Part shown: in pieces, positions 21,331 to 35,898 of the stretch
Layout: every line of letters starts with the position of its first letter
Numbering within the stretch: the stretch's first letter is position 1
Assembly: GCA_951406725.2 (NCBI GenBank)
Contig: OX597817.1
Span: 53,134,001 to 53,198,000 of the forward strand
Direction: 5' to 3'
DNA: 64,000 bases
From: Octopus vulgaris
Taxonomy: Eukaryota
The notes under the pieces: model-generated
Database searches by the model: none
Seen by the model: only the letters and a program-made list of their open reading frames with translations
Told to the model about the DNA's origin: nothing
Translations under genes and position numbers: made by a program

Positions 21331-21714
21331 CTAGCAAGCGGGGCCTCATATCAGTGAGGGGGCCGGTGCGCATTGATGCCGTCGAGAGGTAAGCCCCGAA
21401 ACGGCGCGCATTCTCTCCTGATGACCCCATGTACTTGCTGGCTTCCGGTATACGGAGCTTTTGACTGGTAGCACTTGCATGTGCAAGTTGTTTGCAAGAC
21501 ATCAAAAGCCGAAGCGAGAGATAATATATCAGTTATTAGTTAGGGATAGACTACACTAGTAATCAATGTTAAAATGACTTTACATTTTTCTGGGTATGTA
21601 ACCATACATGAACTGTTACTGATAATCTCTCTTCTGAAGACCTGCTGTGGAAAATTTGTGCACAGTTTTTGGGTGTATATCCTTGGTCATTAGTTAGGAA
21701 ACGCTGAGAAACAT

Positions 21715-21910
21715 CTATTGTGTCTGGGAAGAGTCATTTTCTTTTTGTGCCTTATAATATAACACATTCACCGGTAAACTTTCCACTTTCTTCTTATTTT
21801 TATTTTTCTAAAATTTTCGTTGAGTCTTGAAACCTTTTCAATAGTTTTGACTCTGTCCGTTATTTATATATAAGGCACAAAAAGAAAATGACTCTCCCCA
21901 GACACAACAG
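21715..21910. repeat. ~42-bp inverted repeat, probably Penelope pseudo-LTR fragments
   Basis: ctattgtgtctgggaagagtcattttctttttgtgccttata pairs with tataaggcacaaaaagaaaatgactctccccagacacaacag. Confidence 0.7.
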
Positions 21911-22591
21911 AATATGCTTCAACACACGAACTCATATAAAGAATCTTGACAACCAAATCCAAAAACGAAATATAATAAGCTGAGAAACGTTATTGGCCTC
22001 ATGTATGTAGGCTTTATCCATGGTAGGACTTCAATATTTCGTGATTAATAGATATTGTCAAAGAACAACCAGGCCATTGATAGTAACGTTACTAGAAGGG
22101 CTAGTGGTTCTTCATTTTACGGTCATGCATGAACATTTACCTTGGTAAAATTATGTTAAAGGCACGCGTGTCTATGAAATTTTTAACTACTCCACTCGTT
22201 AAATCAATGATTAAGCTGTCCTATTGACTGAATAAGGCGAACATCCGTCAAATCGACGACTGAAGAATTCCTTATGGCTTTCAGAATCGTTAAAGCATTG
22301 AACAAAATGCTCTCTAGTATTTCATTTTACGCTTTTTACGCTCTTGCGTTACATCCAGGTCGACTTTGCCTTTCAATAAACCGAGGTACATTTCAAGAAC
22401 TGGAACCGATCTAACTGATCTAACCCCTACCACAAATTTCTGACCTTGTGCCTGCGAAAAGATCGTAAATGTGTGTGCGTGCTACTGTGTACGTATGTGA
22501 TATATATATGTATGTATATGTATTTGTGTGTGTATGTGTGTGCGTGTGTTATATACATATACTTATGTATACATATGGCTGCTTACATATC

Positions 22592-22741
<150 letters not shown>

Positions 22742-22846
22742 TTTAAATATATGTATATATACATATATACATATATATGTGTGAGTGTATTTGTATGTGT
22801 ATATATACATGCATACATACATACATAGTTACACACACACACATAC

Positions 22847-22904
<58 letters not shown>

Positions 22905-23526
22905 CACACATAGTAACCGGCTTTTTTCCATAATAAGATGCTGTTAACCCCTAGCTCAACCCAGCATCTCTTCCTGGGGAAATGGATGCTGTAAGTGGTC
23001 TCTCGCCCCACAACATAACTGATTCTGAAAGAGAGAGAGGGGAGGGAAGGGGAAGACAGGGGAAAAGAACAAGAAGAAAGGGAAGGAAGAGATTGGTATA
23101 CAGATAAAAGGCTTCGTTGATCCCCTCGGTGAACGGCAATGAAATGAGAGGCGCAGCAATTACCGCAGATGAAGTCAGAATTAATTATGAAGACGTAACG
23201 ATACACTTTGTCGAATGCGCTCTGATAACAACGCTCGGCGTTATGTAATAATATTCCAAGAAGCAGCACAAGGTCACATATTTTTAGGGAGAAGCACTGG
23301 CAGATTCCATTATACCTCACGGTTCTGTCTTCTACTGACTTCACCATTTCCCAAAATAACGCTGAACAAATTTATAGGGGTTTTTTCTTTGTCTATTTTC
23401 TTTCCTTTATACTGTGATATGTTATTCCATTTCGTCCGCTATTCAGATAATTTCTACTACTTGAAGCATACAATCTTCACAGTAAATACATGTGTGATTA
23501 TATGTGTGCGTGTATGTAGGTGTGTC

Positions 23527-23628
<102 letters not shown>

Positions 23629-23683
23629 TAGATATAGATAGATATACATATATATACATACATATATATATATATATACATAC

Positions 23684-23725
<42 letters not shown>

Positions 23726-23841
23726 ATATATATATATATACATATATATTCATATATATGTATAAGTATGTATATCTATATACATATATTTGTATAGATA
23801 GATAGATAGATAGACAGATATTCATATATATACAGAGATAT

Positions 23842-23890
<49 letters not shown>

Positions 23891-23896
23891 CATATA

Positions 23897-23932
<36 letters not shown>

Positions 23933-24192
23933 CATACACACACACATACATTACTACATAAAGCATACAATCTGTACAGCACATACATGCGCTTGTATAT
24001 GTATGTGTGATTATATGTGTGTGTCTGTGTGTGTACGCGCCCGTGTGTATATGTGTGTGTGTGTGCGTGTGAAGCAAATTGCATACCGTTCATATATATA
24101 TATTAAGCACATAGTGAGAACAAATATATAGACATAGAGAGATAAAGAGAGGGAGAAAGAGAACTAGAGAGTATTAGAGCGAGAGAAACAGG

Positions 24193-24278
<86 letters not shown>

Positions 24279-24306
24279 TAATGCATGTTTGTGCGATTGT
24301 GTAGAT

Positions 24307-24625
24307 ACAGACAATGTGTTCCTAGAGAGGAAAATTTTTCTTCTAATTTCGCGAAGATAGGAAAAGTACCGGCACCATGCGCAACGTCAGCCATCCGAAA
24401 TGACTATTTCGGTAAATATGATCGGTGAAAACCTATCTGCTACCATGGAAGAAGGAGTTGTAATGTTTTGACAAGAGACCGTATTTAAACACCAGCCCCC
24501 TGTCTGCCTCTCTGTCTGTCTGTCTCTGTCTCTGCCTGTCTGTCTCTCTTCCTCTCTCTTTACATCTCTTTCCTTTCATACTTGCTGCCGGTTTGTTAAT
24601 GAATGATACTTGCAGCATCCGCAAT
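24307..24625 (+). repeat. ~310-bp segment duplicated at 35913-36220
   Basis: Shared core gataggaaaagtaccgg...gactatttcggtaaatatgatcggtgaaaacctatctgc, nearly identical in both copies. Confidence 0.85.
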
Positions 24626-24664
24626 GTGCATACATACAGACATACATACATAAACACACACACA

Positions 24665-25260
24665 CTCATCCATCCACCCATCCATCCATCCTTCCATCCA
24701 TCCATCCATCCATCTATCCATCCATCCATCTATCCATCCTTCCATCCATCCATCCATCCATCCATACATACATACATACATACATACATACATACATACA
24801 TACATACATACATACATACATACCTACATACCTACATACACACACACACACTCATCCATCCACCCATCCAGCCATCCTTCCATCCATCCATCCATCCATC
24901 ATCCATCCATCCATCCATCCATCCATCCATCCATCCATACATACATACATACATACATACACACTCATCCATCCACCCACCCATCCACCCACCCATCCAT
25001 CCATCCATCCATCCATCTATCCAACCATCCATCCATCCATCCATCCATCCATCCATACATACATACATACATACATACATACATACATACATACATACAT
25101 ACATACATACTCATCCATCCACCCATCCACATACATACTCATCCATCCACCCATCCACCAATCTATCCATCCATCCATCCATCCATCCATCCATACATAC
25201 ATACATACATACATACATACATACATACATACATACATACATACATACATACATACATAC
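24665..25260. repeat. Compound (CATC)n/(CATA)n microsatellite
   Basis: Directly visible. Confidence 0.95.
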
Positions 25261-26470
25261 ATGGCGGTTGTCTACTCCTTATACTGAGTCTGAGCACTGC
25301 TTGTACCAACACCATAGATCCATCATGGCGCCTGATGTCGCTTTTTAAACCAGACATTGTTTTGAAAAGACCCCTACATAAATTGCAATATCTGCTTTGT
25401 ACCACCAAGAGCTGCAGCTAAGTTCTGATCTTCGTAGATCTTAAAATGTATTTTGAGGCCTCCGTTAGATTTGCAGACCTTATCGCATACACGGCATTGA
25501 AATATGTGCACAGACATAGAGGCAGAATAGTTGGTGGAGGTTCGTTTTTCATGGGTTTGCAAATGAGATTTGAGCCCAGCAAAAGAAATACATTGTCTGT
25601 CACAAACTGTGCACACAAAAAGGTCATTGTTATTCACCTTCTCGATCGTAACATTCTTCTTTAAATCTCTCTTGAGTCTTGTATGTGTTATCCTGGCCTC
25701 TTCAAATACTTTCACTTTACTTCCCACTTTTGTTCGCCATCCAGCTCGATCCGAAACAAAGGTTTCTATGTTCTCTGGATCCATTTCAAGTGATTCCATG
25801 GTAGTCCTTATGCCGTCCTTAAACCTCTTTTTAGGTTTACACCGATAGCGATTCCCCTCTGCAAGCTCGCCATAAAACATCCTTTTGGGTGTGCGTTCAT
25901 TCACCATTCGAACAATATGGCCTGACTATTTCATTTGGTTTTTCAGTCATTGGTTTAATTGAAGTGATGCCTGCAGGCGCAAGTACATCTGTGTTTGGAG
26001 TAAAAAAAAATTCCATTTAATGATTAAAATGTAATGTAGGTATTTTTTATGGAATTGTTCTAACAATTTGAAATGTCTTTCATAACATGTCCATGTTTCA
26101 GAGGAATACAACAGGGATGGTAAGACAAACGATTTGTAAAAAGTCAATTTTGTGTTATTTATATGTCGCTGGCACCAAATGCGTGACTCCAAAACACCAA
26201 AAGCTAGTGCTGCCTTTCGAATTCGAAGATTTCCATTATTTTGTACAGAGCTTCCAAGGTAGATGAAAGGATCAGCAACCTCAAAGTAACTTACCCTTAA
26301 CATACATTTTAGCGGAGTTGTAAACAGCCCCACGTGTAGGTTGATACATTACAACTGTCTTTTTTTTCCAAGTAGATGGTCAAGCCAGAATCACAAGCGG
26401 AGTCAAATGCAGATACAAGAAATTGCAGGCCTGTTTCAGAGTGGCTGACTAGATCGCTAGTCAGCGTATT
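25260..26470 (-). mobile_element. RTE-clade LINE, 3' remnant with C-terminal C2H2 zinc fingers
   Basis: FIYLGS, LPSLLYSSETWT, RTPKRMFYGEL, DRAGWR, CTVCDRQCISFAGLKSHLQTH, CRVCDKVCKSNGGLKIH. Ends in (TATG)n. Confidence 0.85.
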
Positions 26471-26659
26471 CAGGAAAAATAGAGGTTTATTGACGTAGAA
26501 GGTTGAACATTTTTCCCATATCGAACGAAGTTCGATAAGCTGAAAAAAGTTATTTTATAGTTCACGTTTAGCAGCTAGGGCTGTTATGTATGTGAATAAA
26601 AATCCAAATTTAGGGAATGGAATAGCCTGGATTTTATCAGCTCCATTCCCTCACTTCGG

Positions 26660-26773
26660 GTCTCAAGATTAATCAGCCGAAATTGCGAGGATGATCCGGT
26701 TCTTGACTGAAGATTGTTTTTTGTATCGTCTTCTAATTGTTTTGCGTTCTGGTCCCAGTTTGTATTTTTTTAA

Positions 26774-26871
<98 letters not shown>

Positions 26872-27690
26872 TTATATATAGCGACGCCCGTACCCTTTTG
26901 GTCTGATATGTAAGTAAATATTTCTTTAAATTTGGTACGACTCTATAACACTGTCTCTCTCTCCCCCCTCGCCTACATTTCTCTGCCTTCCACACTTTGC
27001 ACTCCACTTTGATCTGTCTCTTTCTCTCTCTCTCTCTCTTCTCCTCCTTTTCTCTTTTTTTGCCTCTGATTCTTTGGTCTCCTCTTCCCCCACTACCTCA
27101 CATTTCTCTGTCTTTCTCACTTTGCACCTCACTGATTCTGTCGCCAAGCCAATCCTTGGCACGCTCTCTTTCTTCTCCCCTCTTTAATTCCTTCTTTCTC
27201 TCTCTTCTCCCCTCTTTTGTGCCTTTGTCCCCTTCTTTTTCTCTCTCTTCTCCTCTCACGTGACCGCTGGTCAACCAGCCTTTCGGCCTCCGACCACTGC
27301 CCTGAGAACATCGTTTTCTTTGTCTGCCGAAAAAGGCATTTTTTTCCAAATATGCCAGCTAAACTAAGTTGTACTGTCTATAGTCGTAAGACACCCGCTG
27401 TTTTTGTCCTGTTATTTCTATTATTGCTTTTTGTATATATATTCGTGTGGCATCGTCCGTTTTTCTGTCCCTGTTTCGTATACATTCGATCCTTTTTCCA
27501 AGAAATCTAATGCTCGTAGCTTAGTTTTTCCTTGGCGCTGGCCGGATCGGAGCGATCTCAAGATTAATCAGCCGAAATTGCGAGGATGATCCGGTTCTTG
27601 ACTGAAGATTCAAGGCTTCGAATGTCCCGTCCGTGTTTTTTGTATCGTCTTCTAAATGTTTTGCGTTCTTGTCCCAGTTTGTATTTTTTT
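26660..27690 (+). mobile_element. Unclassified element with direct terminal repeats (26660-26770, 27557-27690)
   Basis: tctcaagattaatcagccgaaattgcgaggatgatccgg...gtcccagtttgtattttt occurs twice; the first copy has an internal deletion. Confidence 0.55.
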
Positions 27691-27730
27691 ACATATACAT
27701 ATACATACACACACACACACACACACACAG

Positions 27731-27787
<57 letters not shown>

Positions 27788-27788
27788 A

Positions 27789-28149
27789 CAGTGTACATTT
27801 AAACACATTAAGAGGTATCCATCATAGGACTCCTTTACGCTAGAAGGAACAGCTGAAGTCCAAACCACTAATTAGAGATAGATTTGAAAAATTAAAATGT
27901 ATAAGCAAGAGGTACATGCTGGATTGGCCTCGTGCTTATATGTACCTGTTAACGAAGACGTCGCCTGGTCAATTATTTATTTGCGAAAAAAAAGTCAGAA
28001 ACCATGGTCCAGGAAATAGATGATAAATGTTTTTATTTTTCATTCCCTTCGAGATTTTGTCCCTAATTAGTGGTTTGGACTTTAGCTGTTCCTTCTAGCG
28101 TAAGGATGTCCTATGGTGGATATCTCTTAATGTGTTTAAATGTACACTG
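27789..28149. mobile_element. Foldback/MITE with ~85-bp TIRs, CAGTG termini and TA flanks (Tc1/mariner-like)
   Basis: TA-cagtgtacatttaaacacattaagag...ctaattag pairs with ctaattag...ctcttaatgtgtttaaatgtacactg-TA. Confidence 0.75.
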
Positions 28150-28284
28150 TATTGTATATGAATAATATATAGTCTATTGACTAATTTTTATATACGCTAG
28201 GCCACTGGTAGAAAAAATTTCTAAAATCTTTATTACCCCGATATTATTAATTATATATACAGATAGATGGTTAGATAGACAGAC

Positions 28285-29025
<741 letters not shown>

Positions 29026-29356
29026 TAATTGAAGAAAAGAAGAGTAAAGACGTGGTGAATATTTTGGAAATAGATGTCAAATACTATTCGCTGATTGCAG
29101 AGCATGTCTGTCATGCAAAGCATGAAATCAATTGACATTGGGACATGTATTATTTATCTTCGTATTCCATTCAGAAGGTAAGCCTATTTCGAAGATGTTT
29201 ATTGCATCGCACGTGTGTATATTTATCGTAAGATTGGAGGTTTTTTGAAGCTGTGGTTTAATTTTTAGCAAGCGGTATTTTTACCCTTCTTTTCTTCAAT
29301 TATTTTATATTGTACCTGTATAGGTAGAAGTCTTGCTAGCCACCTCATTATTATTA

Positions 29357-29404
<48 letters not shown>

Positions 29405-29405
<1 letters not shown>

Positions 29406-29615
29406 CTCTTACTCTGTCTTTTACTCTTTCAGTCATTTGACTGCGGCCGTGCTGGAGCACCGCCTTTAGTCGAGGAAATCGATCCCGGGACTTATTCTTT
29501 GTAAGCCCAGTACTTATTCTATCGGTCTCTTTTGCCGAACCGCTAAGTGACGGGGACGTAAACACACCAGCATCGGTTGTCAAGCAATGCTAGGGAGACA
29601 AACACAGACACACAA

Positions 29616-29648
<33 letters not shown>

Positions 29649-29811
29649 CATATATACGACAGGCTTCTTTCAGTTTCCGTCCACCAAATCCACTCACAAG
29701 GCATTGGTCGGCCCGGGGCTATAGCAGAAGACACTTGCCCAAGGTGCCACGCAGTGGGACTGAACCCGGAACCATGTGGTTGGTTAGCAAGCTACTTACC
29801 ATTCCTGCGCC
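29405..29811 (-). mobile_element. CORE-type tRNA SINE (OR2-like)
   Basis: Head GGCGCAGGAATGG..GGTTCCGGGTTCAGTCCC, GGCACCTTGGGCAAGTGTCTT, tail GGCGGTGCTCCAGCACGGCCGCAGTCAAATGACTGAAA. Confidence 0.8.
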
Positions 29812-30029
29812 TATATATAAACAATAGAATAGAAATATGTTACAAAAAGAAAATAGAAACTATACGTGGTAATGTAAGGGGTAAGTAAGAAAAATAAACG
29901 AAAATGCACATTGGAAATCAAAGAAAGTAAAGGCTTCTTATGAAAAGTAACGAAAGATATATACAATTAGATGAACTGAGGTAGGAATAAAAGTAAAAAA
30001 AAAAGTCATTATTGTGAATTGTTAAAGAG

Positions 30030-30840
30030 ATTCAAGCATGCCGGTTTCGTAAGTTACTAATCATTGCTTTGAATACAGTTATTCATTGCTTTGAATGCAC
30101 ACCGATTAATGAACAGTGTCAGGTCTTTTAGTCCATGAGAAAAAATATTATGTGTAAGGGAGGTAAGTAGGTCTGCATTTGGTACAATTAGGTTAGATAT
30201 AGAATTGTAATGTGAATGGTGTAAGGGATGTATGGGGGTTAGTGGTATTAATTGAAAGGTTACTAGTGTTCTGTATTATGTTATGTGTTCATATTGAGTT
30301 GTGTAAGATATTTATTGATGAACGTTGCATCTTTATCGTTCTTTGTTGTACTGAGGTGTTCTGTGAACATTGATAGAAGGGGAAAATTAGGAAATTAAGA
30401 TTAAGATTCCTAGCACACCTTTCTATGTATTCACTGACCTGTATCTGTCTGTATTGTGGGTGGCGGATTTGTTCTTAGTGGAGAGTGGTTCTTCGACGGA
30501 GTGAAATTCCTGTTTGGCCAATATAGTTGTTACCACATCCTAATCATGTCATGGCATAGATTATATTTTCCGAGGCATAGGTGAAATTTGATTTGATCTT
30601 AAATATTTTACCTTGTTTAAAGTGGAATTCTGAACCCTCCAAAAGATGGGGCATGATCCACAGTTATAAGACAATATAGCCCACAGAAAACACTTAAAAA
30701 CTTATCCTTCTTACTTCAAATACAAGGAAAGGGTCTCACTAAAAATGAAATAGACTACTTATCCAACTTTAAATACAGTCCTAATCTGTTCTATGGATTA
30801 CCTAAAATACACAAAAATCGACATATTTGTGAAGCCTGTA
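30030..30840 (-). mobile_element. Penelope-like remnant: GIY-YIG part (-) joined to an inverted RT fragment (+)
   Basis: Minus strand: SENIIYAM..GCGNNYIGQTG.SLRRR. Plus strand 30640-30840: NLFYGLPKIHK. Confidence 0.75.
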
Positions 30841-31196
30841 TATGAATATGTAAGTGCATTAACACACGCGCACACATGATATGTAAGATGACATAATAAG
30901 CACTAATTAAGGTTAATTAGTGCTTAGGTCGTATTAAATTCTGAAAAGACGATTTATAAACATAAGCACAAAAACACACAAACACAAACACAAATTATCG
31001 TTACACATTATCGTCATTATTGTCAATTATCGTCATTCAATCACACACGCATTTCCGTTCACCAAGCATGCTCAGTCTGGGAACTTTGTCGGTTTGTCAC
31101 TTTACAGACGCCGAAAACAATTAGAGAAAAGTTTATATAGGCGTGTCTGTGTATATACATACATATGATTATAAATGTGTGTGTGCGTGGGGTTGG

Positions 31197-31666
<470 letters not shown>

Positions 31667-31674
31667 TGTGTGTT

Positions 31675-32578
31675 AATAACACCTTTATGAATGAAGCCTT
31701 GGTCAGGAGGAACTGATGTCATCAGACGGTATCTAACGTTCGTCAGGTGTTTCGACTCTGAACCGTAGCACCCTCCCGTTGGTGCTCAGCAGAGGTGACC
31801 AAGTCACTGCTCCTCATCTCTTCCTGGCTCCCAGCTTAACTCCTCTCTCGTGCCTCCAAAGCCAACAAGAAGCTCTTTCAGCCGCCTCTCTCATCCTGTG
31901 CACAGCCACCCTTTGCTCCCTACCTCTCATTCCAATGGCTGTAAGAATCCTACATGCCAGTTGAGCAAGGAATCCCATGCAGCCAACCTCTGAGAAAAGC
32001 CATACCTGCCATCCATTCTCCTTGCCAATATTATCTCGAGGTCTTGGTCCAGTTGACGCCATTTCATTTTTTCATCCATCTTGAGCTATTTGCTTCGTTC
32101 GTTCGTGGGATTGGCCTTCTGGATGGCTCGCCCCTCCTGGGGACTTCTCCTGCGTTTCACCAGATGTTACCACTGTGCGCTGCACCTGTGTCTCCTCTTT
32201 TCCACAGATGGATCTAGCTCGGTGTATCATGAGCCCTTTCTCATTCTTGCAGATCTTTCCGAAGTGACATTTTTTTCCCAATACCTCCCCAACTACTGAT
32301 GTCTCAACAGGTGCCACCACTGAGCACTACAACTGTGGATCTTCGTTCCCACATTCCAACCTGTTTCGATGCACCTTGAGCCCTTTTGCATTCTTGCAGA
32401 TCTTTCCACAGAGACATTTCACTCACACTATTTTTCCAGTTAATGGTGATTGTGGTTGGCTCTGTGCCGGTAAATCATTCCTCATCGTTACCATTAGATC
32501 CGTCCTGTTGAGTCTCCCATTCTCCCACCCTCTCGGGAGACTCTCGGGTTGTCGCTTTCTCATAGTTTTCGTAGCTTC

Positions 32579-32580
<2 letters not shown>
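31675..32580 (-). mobile_element. Internally deleted Hero-type (RLE) non-LTR element
   Basis: Two N-terminal Zn-finger-like motifs (CLCGKICKNAKGLKVH, CHFGKICKNEKGLMIH) lie directly upstream of the C-terminal EVGCMGF...EAAERASCWLW. No RT in between. Confidence 0.75.
31712..31773 (-). ncRNA. Rearranged hammerhead-ribozyme-like motif in the Hero 3' UTR
   Basis: GGGTG-CT-ACGGT-TCAGAGTC-GAAACACCT-linker-ACCGT-CTGATGA. Stems I and III pair; stem II is unclear. Confidence 0.5.
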
Positions 32581-32618
<38 letters not shown>

Positions 32619-32745
32619 GATGTTGTGGTGGGAAGGAGTTAAAGCATCTACAAACTGCCTCACTGCCTAATGAAATATTAGCTTCTTCGGAGACGGCCTC
32701 AGCACATAAGTGTTTATCTTAAGCATGCGCGTGCGTACTTGTGTG

Positions 32746-32785
<40 letters not shown>

Positions 32786-32855
32786 CAAATGTTTATGGAA
32801 TTCACTTCATAATTCCGAGATCTCGGGTTCGATCATACTGCGTTTTACCATTGGC

Positions 32856-32898
<43 letters not shown>

Positions 32899-33120
32899 GA
32901 GTCAGAGAACAGTGCATGCCATCCAAGTGACACTAGGGTAAAATATATGAAGCCCAGTATACCCATCGCGACTACCCATCTGATAAAGAGTGCACCAGGC
33001 ACATGCACCACAACCATATGTGCGCGACATATCGTTGCCACCAAGGTAGATGCTCAACTGGTCAAGGTGAAACAACTGAGAGGCAAAGCTGTGGTACTGA
33101 GGAGAATATTTGCATTATAA

Positions 33121-33169
<49 letters not shown>

Positions 33170-33183
33170 TGTTGTTGTTGTTA

Positions 33184-33623
33184 TCTGTATATATAAAAGG
33201 CAGGATGTGTGTGTGTGTGTACGTGAATGTAATGTATGCACGTCTGCAAATTAGCATGCATGTCGCTCCAATTTTAGGAGGACATTCATCATGATCTGTA
33301 TTTTCGTCAACTTATTTTCCCCAGTGGCACCAGAGAATAGCAGTAAAAATAAATTTTCAGCCAAAACTTTTAACAATTTTCAAGTCGGAGAAATCACCAT
33401 TGTTTGCAAACAAGAGTTAAGTCCCCTTCTAGCGACGAGTAAGTTTTTGTTAAGAATTTTGGTTTTTTTTTACATTGAGGAAAAAAGTGTTTTGTTGATA
33501 TACGGACAACACACACACACACGAACATGTATGCGCACAAAAAACATATATGCAATAGGTGTACGTGCGTAGCGTACGTGTGTGTATGTGTGTGTGTGTT
33601 GCCCATATCTATCTATCTATCTA

Positions 33624-33671
<48 letters not shown>

Positions 33672-33791
33672 AATTTCGACGGATTTCGCCCAAATTTGAC
33701 ATCGATGTTACTTAATTTAGTTTGAAATATAGAACTTGATTAGCTTAATAATCTTAACTTAATCACGGGCAAAGCTGGGTTATACTGCTAG
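33184..33791 (+). mobile_element. Non-autonomous Helitron
   Basis: A|TCtgtatatataaaa start. End cgggcaaagctgggttatactgCTAG|T is similar to the Helitron end at 56755. Confidence 0.65.
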
Positions 33792-33999
33792 TTATTATTT
33801 CTTAGTTCTAATACCACAGAGGTTGACTTTACCTTCCTTCCGACATCGATAAAATAAAAACCTGTTGAGCACTGGAGTCAGTGAAGTCGATTTACCTCTC
33901 TCCTGAAATTGCTGAGCATGCGTCAAAACCTGCAATAGCTGTTATCAATATTAATGTTCCAAACCTATTATATGCGAATCTAATTAGCAGAATAATTTA

Positions 34000-35460
34000 A
34001 TTAATTTTGAGGTTTAGTAACCAGAAGTCTTCTCAAATCTCAAGAAATTTTCTTAAGAATCTTGCAAAATACAGGAGAGCATGTTTCTGCAGGTTGACAA
34101 TATCCATTTCAATGCCAATATTCTTCAGTCTCTTGGGTAGCAGTTTAGGTAGTGTGCCAAGTGTACTGATTACAACAGGAACAATTGTCACTCTTGGATT
34201 CCTCAGCCTCTTCATCTTTCAGGCTATGCCCTAATTTCTTTCGTTCTGCACTTTCTTTTCGTCTGCACTTAGTTATCATATATTATTTCAAAGTTTATGA
34301 TCTTATACTCCTATTTCTTAAATTTTGTCTCTGCATATCTGGTCTCCATGCCTTTGTAGTATGTGCATTCTTTATAAAGACGTCCCAAAATTCCTGTTAG
34401 TACAATTCACTATTACAAACTCGTTTGCATACCGCAATTTTTATCACTTTAGACTTGGCTAACATACCAATGCACTCTTTCACCGACAACAGTTATTCCT
34501 GCAACTATATTCTTTTCACGCTAGCTTGCTGCATTCATTTAGTAGATAATTAATACTTTCGTCTCTTTTTTTACAAATGCTCATTTCCTTTCGTAGTGGG
34601 TTTTATCAATTTTTGCCTGTATCAAATTCGATATAAAGGCTTGTTTCTGCGCTGTTAAAATCAGCGATTCAGTTCCTTCTTTTAGGTTTTCATCAATCAG
34701 CCACAACTAACGTTCCCTATGGCCAACATCCTTGGTTTATTGCATGAAAAGGTCAAATAATTCCTTTCTGTGTCAACTATTTGTTCTGCGGTTCCTCTTT
34801 CTGGCCTTGAATTGTCTTATTCTTTCAATGACCATTTTGATTATTCCTTGCAACAGACTATTCTTCACTATGCAAACCTAATTTTCAAAACCTAATATCA
34901 TAGCACTGATGGTGACTCCTACGTTTAACCCTTTCGTTACTGTATTTATTTTGAGATGCCCTGTGTTTCTTTTAATTATTTTAAATATAACAAAGAATTT
35001 AGTAAAATGACTTAGTCATCATTTAGCTAGTGTTAGGAACATAAATTATGACTAAGGTTTGGTGGAAGATTTTAATTTAAAACTTATAAAAACAAAACAT
35101 TTGTACTACAGAGCCAGAGGCGGTTTCAGCCAGGTTGGTAACGAAAGGGTTTAACAGGCGTCTTTCTCCTTTCCTTCTTAGTAAATAGTCGCATACGTTG
35201 TGCATGGTAACCAACTTCTTAGCTTTTCGCTCTAGTTTCGGTCTTTGCTCAGAAAAAAGAATAGAATGTCCCAAAAGCAATATGGCCCATGTATTGACTG
35301 CTTTCATAATGTCACCGTCATGTAGCTGTGTTTCAAGTACTCTCAGTATGTTTTTCTCTTAAGTTTTCTATCACTTTATCGCCCTCCTTCATCCCTGAAT
35401 ACTTCTAAGCTTCATTATCTCTCAGCAGACAAATAAGTATCATCGTGTGGCACTTTTATA
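34000..35460 (-). mobile_element. Degenerate R4/Dong-like RLE retrotransposon
   Basis: IVPVVISTLGTLPK..L...IG....LQKHALL..AR.LRK.L, KAVNTWAI, LKKGTESLILTAQ. Confidence 0.7.
34929..35149. mobile_element. piggyBac-like MITE nested in the R4-like remnant
   Basis: TTAA-CCCTTTCGTTAC ... GTAACGAAAGGG-TTTAA. Confidence 0.75.
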
Positions 35461-35727
35461 CCAGGCTGCAACGCAAGATATGTGATGATGATGATGATGA
35501 TGATGATGACGACGATGATGATGATGATGATACATGTGTTAAATATGTAGTGCATAGTTCCATTACTGTACACTACACGCACACACACGCACACACGCAC
35601 GCACACGCATGCACACACACGCACACACATATATATTTAACATGCGTGCATAAATATATGTATGTGTATATGTGTATACATTTATACATATATATACATA
35701 TACACACATACATAGATACATACATAC

Positions 35728-35759
<32 letters not shown>

Positions 35760-35853
35760 GTGTATATGTGTGCACGTGCAGTTATATGTGTATGTATATA
35801 TGTATATACATACATTTATACATATATATATACATACATATATACATACATAC

Positions 35854-35898
<45 letters not shown>

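Noticed and set aside
21325-21710. Hammerhead-like traces in Penelope ends (also 30040, 37480, 45290, 45775)
   Set aside because: Cores too decayed or truncated to support a call.
35198-35212. X-box-like GTTGTGCATGGTAAC upstream of a ciliary gene
   Set aside because: Lies within retrotransposon coding remnant (LVTMHN); likely chance.
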